From the IMG/VR virus record IMGVR_UViG_3300032285_002123, positions 1 through 59,803 of that record: a stretch of DNA of 59,803 nucleotides. One strand, given 5' to 3'. This document shows positions 11,085-20,122 of this stretch, one piece after another. Source of the DNA: a virus. Taxonomy: Duplodnaviria > Caudoviricetes. The notes under the pieces are model-generated. The model did not search any database and was not told where the DNA came from. It saw nothing but the letters and a program-made list of their open reading frames with translations. Within the stretch, counting starts at the first letter, position 1. Each line of letters begins with the position of its first letter. Made by a program: the position numbers and the translations under genes.

Positions 11085-11379
11085 TTTTCTTCCTCTTCTT
11101 TCTACGAACAGGTTGCTTCTTTACACGATCAATGTAGAATGCACGAAACTGTCCTACCTGGCCTTTGTGAATTTCTTTACAGTCAATCCACGATACACCA
11201 GTTTTAGTATTTGTAGTCAAAGATTCAAACTTAAAGGTTGCACCATACTCACCAGTAATCTTAATAATCTCACCAGAAATAATCTCACGACCACTTGGAA
11301 GTGTTGCTTTGTATTCACGGTCAAAACGTACTGGTGGCTCTGTTGGAGCAGCATAAACAACTTTCCTAGGACGACCCAT
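11074..11379 (-). CDS. Hypothetical protein with basic C-terminus
   Basis: 101-aa ORF with coupled start and stop. Confidence 0.75.
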   Translation of the reverse strand: MGRPRKVVYAAPTEPPVRFDREYKATLPSGREIISGEIIKITGEYGATFKFESLTTNTKTGVSWIDCKEIHKGQVGQFRAFYIDRVKKQPVRRKKRKKNVD

Positions 11380-11699
11380 TAGTATTCTCCTCGCAGTCGT
11401 TTGATTTCATCTTGAATATAAAAGATAGCTTTTTCAAGGTCTTGAATCTGCTTGGACTTATTGTCACCAAGCTTGTCTTCCTTAAGACCATTACGCCAAA
11501 GGTACTTAAATGCATTACCAATATTAAAATTACGGTGACGTGTAATATCAATACACTCAATACCAGAAGGATCTGATGTGTAGTGTGGTGGATGGTTTAC
11601 CATAGAATCTACGTCAGCTTTAATTGCAGCTGCTTGTTCTTCTGTAATCTTTGTGCTAAACTTTTCAATCATTTTAACTTCCCAGTCCCTGCCACTCAT
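11379..11699 (-). CDS. DUF3310 protein (T7 gp1.7-like nucleotide kinase family)
   Basis: VNHPPHYT..IECIDI..FNIGNAFKYLWR..K..DLEKAIFYI; start moved to the ATGA overlap at 11699. Confidence 0.85.
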   Translation of the reverse strand: MSGRDWEVKMIEKFSTKITEEQAAAIKADVDSMVNHPPHYTSDPSGIECIDITRHRNFNIGNAFKYLWRNGLKEDKLGDNKSKQIQDLEKAIFYIQDEIKRLRGEY

Positions 11700-11848
11700 C
11701 GACGTGATTTCCTTAGTCCGAACTTTGCCAAATAAACATAAATGGTTTCTACCGAAACGCCACATTCTTTAGCAATCTCTTCTGGAGACTTGCGGTCAAC
11801 ATGGAACCTTTTGCGAAGCCACAATTCATTTTGATATAATTTTGCCAT
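11696..11848 (-). CDS. Small HTH DNA-binding protein (50 aa, not in track)
   Basis: MAKLYQNELWLRKRFHVDRKSPEEIAKECGVSVETIYVYLAKFGLRKSRR contains a clear HTH. Confidence 0.8.
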   Translation of the reverse strand: MAKLYQNELWLRKRFHVDRKSPEEIAKECGVSVETIYVYLAKFGLRKSRR

Positions 11849-12311
11849 ATGCTCTCTTTATCCAATCATAAAATTCTTGTTGGGGCATATCACTTTTTGC
11901 TCTATTACATAGTTTACAGCATGTGACAACATTTGTCAATGAATACCCAAGCGATGAGTCTATTCTATCTAGACCATTATACTTAAACCCATAATTAGCT
12001 ATCATATTATTTGGAGGCGAGTCACAATAATAACAATTTTTTATAGCTAGGTCAACCCATTCTTTTTCTGAAAGATCCCATTTTAAAGATCTTCTGCTGG
12101 CTGTTCTTAATACAAGCAAGTATGTCTTATGCTGTGGAGTTTTGAACATACAACTTCTGCACCCCTGAGATTTATGAGAAGATAAGTTTGACAAGAAGCT
12201 CCAGGCTTCATAACCACAGTCACACCTCATCAAAGCTTTTTTACTTTTTTCTGGATAATCAATAATTGTCCAAAGACCTTGCCTATATCCATTATAAAAT
12301 TTTCTTCCCAT
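11826..12311 (-). CDS. Free-standing HNH homing endonuclease
   Basis: RCDCG N-terminal domain, CYYC and GLDRIDSSLGYSLTNVVTCCKLCNRAK; own leaderless promoter TGA-TACAAT. Confidence 0.85.
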   Translation of the reverse strand: MGRKFYNGYRQGLWTIIDYPEKSKKALMRCDCGYEAWSFLSNLSSHKSQGCRSCMFKTPQHKTYLLVLRTASRRSLKWDLSEKEWVDLAIKNCYYCDSPPNNMIANYGFKYNGLDRIDSSLGYSLTNVVTCCKLCNRAKSDMPQQEFYDWIKRAYGKIISK

Positions 12312-12328
12312 AAGAAAATTGTATCACA

Positions 12329-12898
12329 CTATTTTGTTAGTTTTTCCCAGTTATTAACAGCATAATGACCAATGCCAATAGCATCAGCAATATCATTATC
12401 TGTAATTACTTTATCATATTGAACCTCAACAAAATGCATTGTCTTTTTCTTTCTAAGATCACGAACATATGTTTTGATCCACGATTCTGATCTTCCTGGA
12501 TTATCTAGTTTAATCTTTGTTAGCTCTTCTTTACTTGGTTTCTTATTACCAATATAGTTTTGCCAAGTGATTGGTGCTACTGATCTAATTTCTTTTGCTC
12601 CTGATGCCCCCAGCAAAGCCCCCTGAACCAAAGCTAGGTCAGCTGCAGTCTTAGGGCTATTCATAAATACGGTGTGCTCAATTACAATGGCATCAATAGG
12701 ATCTATTGTTTTAAAGAATGGTGCGATCTTACGACCAGCATCTAGAACTTTGTCATAGGTAGTATTACCCTTGAAATTGATTTTACCAAAGTAAACAAGT
12801 TCTTTATTTTTAAATACAGAAAAAGCTAAGCTATTTGTACTTGCATCAATGGCAAATATTGTTTCAGGAATATTAACAAAATTACTCAAATTTACCAT
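12329..12898 (-). CDS. RuvC-like Holliday junction resolvase
   Basis: AIDAS, IVIE and DIADAIGI acidic catalytic motifs. Confidence 0.8.
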   Translation of the reverse strand: MVNLSNFVNIPETIFAIDASTNSLAFSVFKNKELVYFGKINFKGNTTYDKVLDAGRKIAPFFKTIDPIDAIVIEHTVFMNSPKTAADLALVQGALLGASGAKEIRSVAPITWQNYIGNKKPSKEELTKIKLDNPGRSESWIKTYVRDLRKKKTMHFVEVQYDKVITDNDIADAIGIGHYAVNNWEKLTK

Positions 12899-13175
12899 TT
12901 TTAAAATCCTTTATTTCTTTAAGAGCAGTTGAAACATCTTTTGGATTTATTAAACACTGTCCACAAATTGGATCATCGTTGTAAATGGAAAGTTTGCCAC
13001 CACAAGACTTGCACCTACGATCTTTACTTAAACGCTTTTTAATGCGTCCAGCAATGTATCGTTGCGTGATCTTTTCTCTTGTCGCAGATTCTCTACATTC
13101 TGCTGAACAATAAATTTGATAAGAAACGTTAGTTTCGAATGCGTTGTCACACCATTCACAGTGCTTCGTTTTCAT
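12882..13175 (-). CDS. Cys-rich zinc-finger protein
   Basis: Four CxxC/CxxxC pairs. Confidence 0.75.
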   Translation of the reverse strand: MKTKHCEWCDNAFETNVSYQIYCSAECRESATREKITQRYIAGRIKKRLSKDRRCKSCGGKLSIYNDDPICGQCLINPKDVSTALKEIKDFKNGKFE

Positions 13176-13959
13176 TTAGTGGCTCCAGTGATTTAATTTT
13201 GATCACTCCAGAACCAGCATTGTCACAAGCTTCACGAATGGGACATGTTTTGCAAATCTTTGAATTAGAACGATAATTCTTTTCTGGCAGGGTTTTATCT
13301 TCCCAAGCCTTTCTAGTCTGTCTCATCCAATCAAAAGCGTTCTCTACCCACTCAAAATAGTACTTATTTAATTCTACAGGAAAAACCAATAGTTCGTGAT
13401 TATTCTTGTTTTCATAAATAAGAATAGCCCTTTTGCGATTGAGAATCTTCATATAGATAAGCAACTGGATAACGTGACCAGTCTTTGGCTTACCTGCAGT
13501 TTTACGATATTCAAAACCCTCGTTAGGCATAGTCTTAATTTCACCAAGCAGATCTTCACCAGCCCAGTCAAGGATGACATCTCCGTAACCAAAAATTGGT
13601 GGGTTGTCATATGTAACTTTAAATTCAGCACTCTTAAGAATGCCAGCGTCTTCCATAGCTTGCTGGATACGCTCGTGTGACTTTGTACCAGCAGTCATGT
13701 TAGCTCCACCATATGCGTCTGCATTATCGGTAAACATAGCACCTTCAAATGCTAGATACCAATAACGAGGACATTCACCATGCGAAAACGCAATGGTTGA
13801 TGGTGCAAATGTTTTCTTGGTCTGGAACTTATCTACACGCTTTACCGTGTATCCAGAATTGATCTTTTCAATTAGGGCATCCTTGTCGACAAATGATGGA
13901 GAAGCGTTTAGCTTATCCTCTGTCTTAAGCATTACCTGTTGCAATAAACTTTTAGCCAT
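13156..13959 (-). CDS. Cas4-like PD-(D/E)XK exonuclease
   Basis: ECPRYWY, GTKSHE, D..EIKT, QLLIY and C-terminal CKTCPIREAC Fe-S cysteines. Confidence 0.85.
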   Translation of the reverse strand: MAKSLLQQVMLKTEDKLNASPSFVDKDALIEKINSGYTVKRVDKFQTKKTFAPSTIAFSHGECPRYWYLAFEGAMFTDNADAYGGANMTAGTKSHERIQQAMEDAGILKSAEFKVTYDNPPIFGYGDVILDWAGEDLLGEIKTMPNEGFEYRKTAGKPKTGHVIQLLIYMKILNRKRAILIYENKNNHELLVFPVELNKYYFEWVENAFDWMRQTRKAWEDKTLPEKNYRSNSKICKTCPIREACDNAGSGVIKIKSLEPLNENEAL

Positions 13960-13966
13960 GATATGT

Positions 13967-14269
13967 TTAGCGAGTAATATACTTCAAAGCTGAAACCAAT
14001 TGGTTAATTGATTCTGCAGCGGTGTAGTAGATATTCTTTTTCGCCCTATCTCCTTTTTCTACGTTGGTAAGCCAGGTTGCCTTAAAAGACATCTTAGCAG
14101 CAATAGCCTGTAGACGTACAATCTCTACAGTTGCCACGTTAAGTGGAACGTCTGGCTTAATGATTAGTTTTGCGATAAATGCTAGGGCAGTTGTTAGTTC
14201 TTCATCTTGCATGAAGTCTGCAATTTCTGCAAGACCATTTACCATTTCAATTGTTGTTGGTTGTTCCAA
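13967..14269 (-). CDS. Hypothetical protein
   Basis: 100-aa ORF with SD AAGGA and an upstream TATAAT. Confidence 0.75.
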   Translation of the reverse strand: MEQPTTIEMVNGLAEIADFMQDEELTTALAFIAKLIIKPDVPLNVATVEIVRLQAIAAKMSFKATWLTNVEKGDRAKKNIYYTAAESINQLVSALKYITR

Positions 14270-14294
14270 TGTTTTTCCTTAGTACTAGTTTCTA

Positions 14295-14582
14295 TTATAC
14301 ACCATCAGATAGTAGTTGTTCAAGTAGGGATAGCTCTATTACTGCTAGCCTTGTCTTGATACCCTCGCTACCAATGACCACAACAATTGCTGGATCATTA
14401 TTATTACGGATTGCATCTGTAGTTGCCTTGGCCCAGACATCTTTGTTAAGTGTGAAAGACTTGCCAACCTCTTTGAAATCTACTGTAAAGTTTTCCCAGG
14501 TTGCATCGCCCTTGTGCGTACCACGACCAGAGTTTTTGTGCTGCTTGGCTCCGATACGCTTAGACTCACTTGCTTCCGTCAT
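14295..14582 (-). CDS. Hjc-like PD-(D/E)XK Holliday junction resolvase
   Basis: NSGRG..KGD...VDFKE motif. Confidence 0.65.
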   Translation of the reverse strand: MTEASESKRIGAKQHKNSGRGTHKGDATWENFTVDFKEVGKSFTLNKDVWAKATTDAIRNNNDPAIVVVIGSEGIKTRLAVIELSLLEQLLSDGV

Positions 14583-14745
14583 AGTCTGCTTTTGTCTTTC
14601 TTACATTTAGGTCTACTGTGCTTACATGCTTGTCTGGACACATCCAAGTTAGCTGCTTTGCATTTGGATAAGATCTAATTGTCTTAACTTCCATACCGCA
14701 AGTGTGACATTTAAACGAACCTGGATAAACGTTATACTTCGCCAT
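14566..14745 (-). CDS. Small zinc-binding protein (59 aa, not in track)
   Basis: MAKYNVYPGSFKCHTC...WMCPDKH; overlaps recA and the next gene. Confidence 0.75.
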   Translation of the reverse strand: MAKYNVYPGSFKCHTCGMEVKTIRSYPNAKQLTWMCPDKHVSTVDLNVRKTKADYDGSK

Positions 14746-15745
14746 TTACAAGCCTCATAATCTCTTCTTGAAGATCAATGTCTTCTCTTACACGATTTAC
14801 ATATGCTTCACGACCTTGAATCTTAGAGCCATCAGGAAGGATGTACCAAGCTCCTGTACGCTCTACAAGACCCATAATCTCTGCAGTATCAACTAAGTCT
14901 CCAATGCTGTCTACGCCTGTTAGAGGACCTCTGAAGTAGAAGTCATATTCTCCAGACTGAAATGCTGGCGATGTCTTTGAGAATTGAACTTCCCAACGTA
15001 CCTTACGACCAACTTTTTCCTCAATAAGCTTATCTCCTACAGCAATCTTCCCCTTGATAGCCTGGTTGTCAGATTCAGATGAGAATAGCTTAATAACAGT
15101 AGATGAGTAAAACTTTGTTGCCTGTCCGCCAGAAGGCTGCTGAGACGTGTACATAGCTGAGATGTTATTTCGTGACTGTGAGATTAGCACAAGCATTGTA
15201 GGCTTGACCTTGTTGTTAGCATAGTTAAGCATCTTCCATGCGTTACTAAAGTCACGAGACTCTGCACCAATCTGCTTAGTGTTTTCAAGTTCCTTAAGAT
15301 CTTCAGTACCCTTTTCAAAATAGATAGCAGGAAGTAGTGATGTAATTGAGTCAACGACAATTAGATCTATACCTGCATTCATTAGGTTAGTGCCTACGTC
15401 CACCATCTCATTGATTGTACGAGCCTGTGATACGATTAGCTGGTCTGTATTTACTCCAAGCTTCTTTGCCCACTCTTCAGAGTATGACATCTCAGCATCA
15501 ATCCATGCACAAACTTTACCCTCTTCCTGGGCCTGTGCGATCATCTGAAGGCATAGCGAAGACTTAGCAGATGACTTGCTACCCCAAATTAAGATTTGAC
15601 GACCATAAGGAAGTCCACCATTCAATGCACGATTTAGTCCAAAACTAGGTGTCTTTTGAAACTCAGTCTTAAAACCTACGCCTGTTGTAAGACGCTTACG
15701 AAGTTTTGGATCTAGTTGTGCTAATACTTCTTCTGCAGTTGTCAT
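14732..15745 (-). CDS. recA: RecA/UvsX-like recombinase
   Basis: GGLPYGR, GSKSSAKS (variant Walker A), WIDAE, IVVDS and GGQATKFYSS. Confidence 0.93.
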   Translation of the reverse strand: MTTAEEVLAQLDPKLRKRLTTGVGFKTEFQKTPSFGLNRALNGGLPYGRQILIWGSKSSAKSSLCLQMIAQAQEEGKVCAWIDAEMSYSEEWAKKLGVNTDQLIVSQARTINEMVDVGTNLMNAGIDLIVVDSITSLLPAIYFEKGTEDLKELENTKQIGAESRDFSNAWKMLNYANNKVKPTMLVLISQSRNNISAMYTSQQPSGGQATKFYSSTVIKLFSSESDNQAIKGKIAVGDKLIEEKVGRKVRWEVQFSKTSPAFQSGEYDFYFRGPLTGVDSIGDLVDTAEIMGLVERTGAWYILPDGSKIQGREAYVNRVREDIDLQEEIMRLVNGEV

Positions 15746-16092
15746 TAGAACTTCACCCCATGTTTCTCTGGACGAGACTTATTAAAGCTAGTCTTATTAT
15801 TAAATGCAACCTGAAGATCAGTATTTACATACTCATGCTCACGAAGACCTGCATAGAGATCAAGTGTACGGATGATGATGTCAGCCATCTCATCTGCTAC
15901 TGCCTCTGGTCCATGTGACTTACGGATAGCCTCCATAACTTCTACAGCCTCAGATACAATCATCATTAGCTGCTTTGTCATAAAGATATCAATCTGTTCC
16001 TGTGGTGCGTCCTTAATAACGTCCCAAAAACCTTTCTCTACAGCCACTTCATGCAAGTGGTCAGCAAGTGTGTCAAGCGTTTGACTAAACAT
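15745..16092 (-). CDS. MazG-like nucleotide pyrophosphohydrolase
   Basis: SEAVEVMEA...DEMADIIIR motif; likely start at ATG 16092 overlapping the dnaE end. Confidence 0.85.
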   Translation of the reverse strand: MFSQTLDTLADHLHEVAVEKGFWDVIKDAPQEQIDIFMTKQLMMIVSEAVEVMEAIRKSHGPEAVADEMADIIIRTLDLYAGLREHEYVNTDLQVAFNNKTSFNKSRPEKHGVKF

Positions 16093-19000
16093 TAAATACA
16101 TCCTCCAAAATAGTTGTTCCGTCCTTGGTCTTACCCAAAGAGAATTTATATGCTTTACCTTCATCGATTTTCATGTATGCCTTAGAGTATGATGTAGGAA
16201 ATACTGTAACGCTGTGTAGGTCACGACTTTCATCAGCCAAAACCAGTGATGCCATCTTCTTGCCAGCCTTTGTCACACGAGACTTGAAAGATACTACAAA
16301 TAGTTCTTCATCCTTGAATGGCAACTGACGGTAATTAAGAAGTCGAATAAGCCCAGAATGGTTATCCTTAATCTCATCCACAGGAATAGCAGTTACGATA
16401 CGGTTATCGCTAGCAAGTAGAATATAGGTACGACCAGCTTCAATTGTTGTTTGCTCTTCATCAAAGATTCCAACACTACCAGTCTTATCTAGGATCTCTA
16501 CTCGTGACCAACCCTTGCCTCGCTTAATACCCTTGACCATTCCCATAAGAACAAATGACCCCTTTTCCTCAAACTCTTCTACGTCATTAATGAATGCATA
16601 GTAGTGGCTAGGAATTGAAACATTGAACTCTGGCAGGTTAAGATACTCATAAAGGTTTTCTCTAATCTCATCATCATTACGAGGATTGTCGTCAAAAGTT
16701 GCACCTCCAACTACCCTCAGTGCTTGAAGAGCACGGCTATTCACACCGCTGCCTTTAGTAAAGGTAAACTCCTCAAGCTCCTTGTATGAATTGAATGGAC
16801 GAGCCTCAATGTACTTATTAGCAATATTGTCACTAATAAACTTGATAGCACTCAAACCAAATCGAATACCCTTGCCCTCAATCTTAAAGTCAACATCAGA
16901 CTCGTTGATGTGTGGCAAACGAACAGGAATGCCCATACGCTTTGCCTCAATTAGGTATTCTGTGCGAGCATCCTTGTCGCCTTCATTCTTGAGAATTGAG
17001 TACATAAACTCTAGTGGGTAGTGGTACTTAAGCCATGCAGTCCAGTAGGAAAGCGTAGAATAAGCCACAGCGTGAGACTTATTAAACGAGTACCCAGCGT
17101 GAGCCTCAAAGTCCGTCCAAAGGGATTCTGCTACCTCTGGGGCTAGGAACTTAGATGCTCCCTTAACGAACTGATCCTTGAACTGATCAAATTCCTTAGC
17201 GTCCTTCTTCTTACCAATAATCTTACGAACCTTATCAGCAGTTGCCATTGACATACCGCCAAGTTCTACACAGGCTTGCATAACCTGTTCCTGGTAAAGA
17301 ATACATCCGTAGGTGTCAGATGTGAATGCCTTCATAACCTGGTGATGGTAAGAAATGTTCTGCTTACCATGCTTACGAGCAATGTAATCTTTACCAATGG
17401 TATTCATAGCACCTGGACGAACTAGAGCATTAGATGCAGCCAACTCGTTAAAGTTCTTGACACCCATCTTAACCAGAAGGTTTGTATAAGGCGTAGCTTC
17501 ACACTGGAATACACCCTTGGTGTGACCATCGGAAAGCATAGAGTAGACATTCTTGTCTTCCATGTCAATCTTGTGAAGATCGATGTCTTTCTTAGAACGC
17601 TCCTTAATAATCTTAAGGGTGTCCTGAATAACGGATAGAGTCTTAAGACCAAGTGCGTCAATCTTAATAAGACCAATACGCTCTGCCTCTGCCATGTCAA
17701 CAGCAACTACAGGGATACGCTCCTTAGTTCCTGGGGCTGTGCGAGTCTCCATTGGAGCATACTTAAAGATAGGCTCCTTTGAGGTCACAACACCTGCAGC
17801 GTGAATACCAGTGCCACGAATACGACCACGGAGTTGCTCACCGTATTTCTCAATCTCAGGATACTTCTCACGGAACTCTGCAGTAGACTTTGATGTGCAG
17901 TATTCATCCCAAGTATCTACAAGCTTCATAACCTTGTTAACGTCTGGGAGTGGAATGTTAAGCACACGAGCAATGTCTCGCACAACACCTTTATCCTTAA
18001 AAGATAGGAATGTAGCAATGGATGCAACGTGACGGTACTGACGAACTAGATAATCCTTTACCTCATCACGGCGAGAGTCTTGGATATCAGTATCAATATC
18101 TGGAAAGTCATTTCGTTCTGGATTAATAAAACGGAAGAATAGCAAACCATGAATAAGTGGATCAATATCTGTGATACCAAGAGCATAACACAATAGAGAA
18201 CCAGCAGCCGAACCACGACCTGGACCAACCATAATCCCTTCTTTTTTAGCCCAGTTAATCATGTTGCGTACAACAAGAAAGTATGGACCAAAATTCTTAT
18301 CTTTAATAATCTGAAGCTCTTCATTTAGACGAGCAATGTAATCTTCATTTGTGTCAAGACCCTTTTCCTTTAATCCTTCCATAGCAAGCTCAAGAAGTTC
18401 ACCGTCTGGATCCTGATACTGTGCAGGAAGTAGGTCAAGGTGGTCTTTGATATTGTAGTCTTCAACCTTGTTTACAATTTCAATAGTTGCTTCATACATG
18501 TCCTCACGGTCAATACCCTGAGCACCCATAGCATTACGCATCTCTTCATCCGACAAAAGGTGAATCTCAAACTTATTAAATGACATCTGACGGTCTTCAC
18601 CATAAAGGTAGTCAAGCTTGTCCATAAGGTTATCGTAATTCTTAGTACCTGCGTAAGTAGCGTCTCCAACAGTCTTGTTAGAATAAGAGTTAAGGATCAG
18701 CTTAAGTTCCTGGATTTCCTTCTGGCTGGTATCAGAGTGGTGGCAGTCAGGTGTTACTACTGGCTTTACCCCGAATTCATCTGCTAGAGCAAGAAGTGTC
18801 TTATTAATCTCTGCAGGGTTGTGAGGCATTACCTCAATGTAATAGTCATCACCAAAGGTCTTCTTGCACCATTGAATGTGCTCTTTGGCATAAGCAAGGT
18901 TGTCAGACTCAATAGCCTTGGCAAGAACTCCTGAAAGACATCCAGAAGTAACAACAAGTCCTTCCTTATATTTCTCAAGAATTTCCCAGTCGATACGAGG

Positions 19001-19363
19001 CTTGCGGAAATAGCCTTCTGTCCAACCAAGTTCGTTAAGCTTATTAAGATTTTCTAGACCCTTTTGATTCTTTGCAAGAATAATAAGGTGATTATAGTTA
19101 AGGTCTAGTGGGTCGTTTTCTGCCTTCTTATCTTCGTGATTAAAACGATCACGGCAGATGTATCCCTCAATACCAAGAATAGGCTTGATACCTGCTTCCT
19201 TAGCAGCACGATACATCTCACGGTGTCCAGACAGTGAACCGTGGTCTGTAATTGCAATTGCTGGCATACCCAGCGAAACGGCACGGTCCACATATTCCTG
19301 TGGTGTGGCAATTCCGTCAAATAGCGAGTAATGTGTGTGAACGTGAAGTCCAGCGTAACTCAT
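16085..19363 (-). CDS. dnaE: DNA polymerase III alpha subunit
   Basis: PHP domain (HVHTHYS, TDHG), GRGSAAGS, PDIDTD, KIDALGL and FNKSHA; no intein. Confidence 0.97.
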   Translation of the reverse strand: MSYAGLHVHTHYSLFDGIATPQEYVDRAVSLGMPAIAITDHGSLSGHREMYRAAKEAGIKPILGIEGYICRDRFNHEDKKAENDPLDLNYNHLIILAKNQKGLENLNKLNELGWTEGYFRKPRIDWEILEKYKEGLVVTSGCLSGVLAKAIESDNLAYAKEHIQWCKKTFGDDYYIEVMPHNPAEINKTLLALADEFGVKPVVTPDCHHSDTSQKEIQELKLILNSYSNKTVGDATYAGTKNYDNLMDKLDYLYGEDRQMSFNKFEIHLLSDEEMRNAMGAQGIDREDMYEATIEIVNKVEDYNIKDHLDLLPAQYQDPDGELLELAMEGLKEKGLDTNEDYIARLNEELQIIKDKNFGPYFLVVRNMINWAKKEGIMVGPGRGSAAGSLLCYALGITDIDPLIHGLLFFRFINPERNDFPDIDTDIQDSRRDEVKDYLVRQYRHVASIATFLSFKDKGVVRDIARVLNIPLPDVNKVMKLVDTWDEYCTSKSTAEFREKYPEIEKYGEQLRGRIRGTGIHAAGVVTSKEPIFKYAPMETRTAPGTKERIPVVAVDMAEAERIGLIKIDALGLKTLSVIQDTLKIIKERSKKDIDLHKIDMEDKNVYSMLSDGHTKGVFQCEATPYTNLLVKMGVKNFNELAASNALVRPGAMNTIGKDYIARKHGKQNISYHHQVMKAFTSDTYGCILYQEQVMQACVELGGMSMATADKVRKIIGKKKDAKEFDQFKDQFVKGASKFLAPEVAESLWTDFEAHAGYSFNKSHAVAYSTLSYWTAWLKYHYPLEFMYSILKNEGDKDARTEYLIEAKRMGIPVRLPHINESDVDFKIEGKGIRFGLSAIKFISDNIANKYIEARPFNSYKELEEFTFTKGSGVNSRALQALRVVGGATFDDNPRNDDEIRENLYEYLNLPEFNVSIPSHYYAFINDVEEFEEKGSFVLMGMVKGIKRGKGWSRVEILDKTGSVGIFDEEQTTIEAGRTYILLASDNRIVTAIPVDEIKDNHSGLIRLLNYRQLPFKDEELFVVSFKSRVTKAGKKMASLVLADESRDLHSVTVFPTSYSKAYMKIDEGKAYKFSLGKTKDGTTILEDVFNV

Positions 19364-19390
19364 ATAAAAATCTCTCTCTTGTAAGGTGCT

Positions 19391-19422
19391 ATGAGGGCCA
19401 CCAATATTTTGGTGACCCCCAC
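19391..19422 (-). terminator. Stable hairpin between ssb and dnaE (terminator, attenuator or processing site)
   Basis: GTGGGGGTCACCA/TGGTGGCCCTCAT 13-bp stem including G-U pairs; no U-tract. Confidence 0.55.
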
Positions 19423-19439
19423 GCTATTGTATTTAGTTA

Positions 19440-20093
19440 TTACCAGTCCATGTTGGACGATGTTACAGATGGGGAGTTGAATCCTAGGTAGAATGACTCC
19501 TGCTCTGCATAGGCTACCTCACGAACGACCTTCTCAAGATCGAAAGGTTCAATGTCGTTCCAAGCAAATGGTTCGGCATCTGGCTTCGTAGGCAACAGGG
19601 TGTAGCTGGTTTCCGTTCCCTGACCATTACGCTTAATCTTCCACTCAAGGTTCGATACAGAACCAGTCTCAAGAGCGTACTCACGAATGGTGTTAAAAGC
19701 TGACTGCTTTGAGATACCCTGCGACCATACAGCTACATATGGATCTTCAGTACCATCATCGATAATTACGTTACCGTACCAGCGAAGACGTGAACGCCAT
19801 CCTGACTTTGGCTCCTTGCGAGCAAGCTCACAACCATAGCAACGACCCTCTGAATCGATTGTACAAGCAGCCTTTAGCTTGTAATCCTTTGGATTGGTGT
19901 GCTCTGCGATAACAACCGACAGACCACGGTCTGCCGAATAGTTGGCAGAGTCCTCGTCTAGCTCCTCAATGAAGCGAATCTTTGCGGACTGTCCGTCTGC
20001 CAGCTTTACCCAGCGAACCTTCTGTCCTGTGTTTTCATACTTTGGCTTATCGACTACTGCACCGATATCTTTTAGCCCTCTGATAATTGTCAT
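19440..20093 (-). CDS. Single-stranded DNA-binding protein (gp32-like)
   Basis: Zn ligands (H, C, CxxC), KIKRNGQGTETSY and acidic/aromatic tail; lies between primase and polymerase. Confidence 0.75.
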   Translation of the reverse strand: MTIIRGLKDIGAVVDKPKYENTGQKVRWVKLADGQSAKIRFIEELDEDSANYSADRGLSVVIAEHTNPKDYKLKAACTIDSEGRCYGCELARKEPKSGWRSRLRWYGNVIIDDGTEDPYVAVWSQGISKQSAFNTIREYALETGSVSNLEWKIKRNGQGTETSYTLLPTKPDAEPFAWNDIEPFDLEKVVREVAYAEQESFYLGFNSPSVTSSNMDW

Positions 20094-20122
20094 TTTTCTC
20101 CTTAATGTTTCTCTTTGGTATT

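Noticed and set aside
13156-13959. Cas4-like gene as evidence for CRISPR-Cas
   Set aside because: No repeat-spacer array or other cas genes; stand-alone Cas4-like nucleases are common in phage recombination modules
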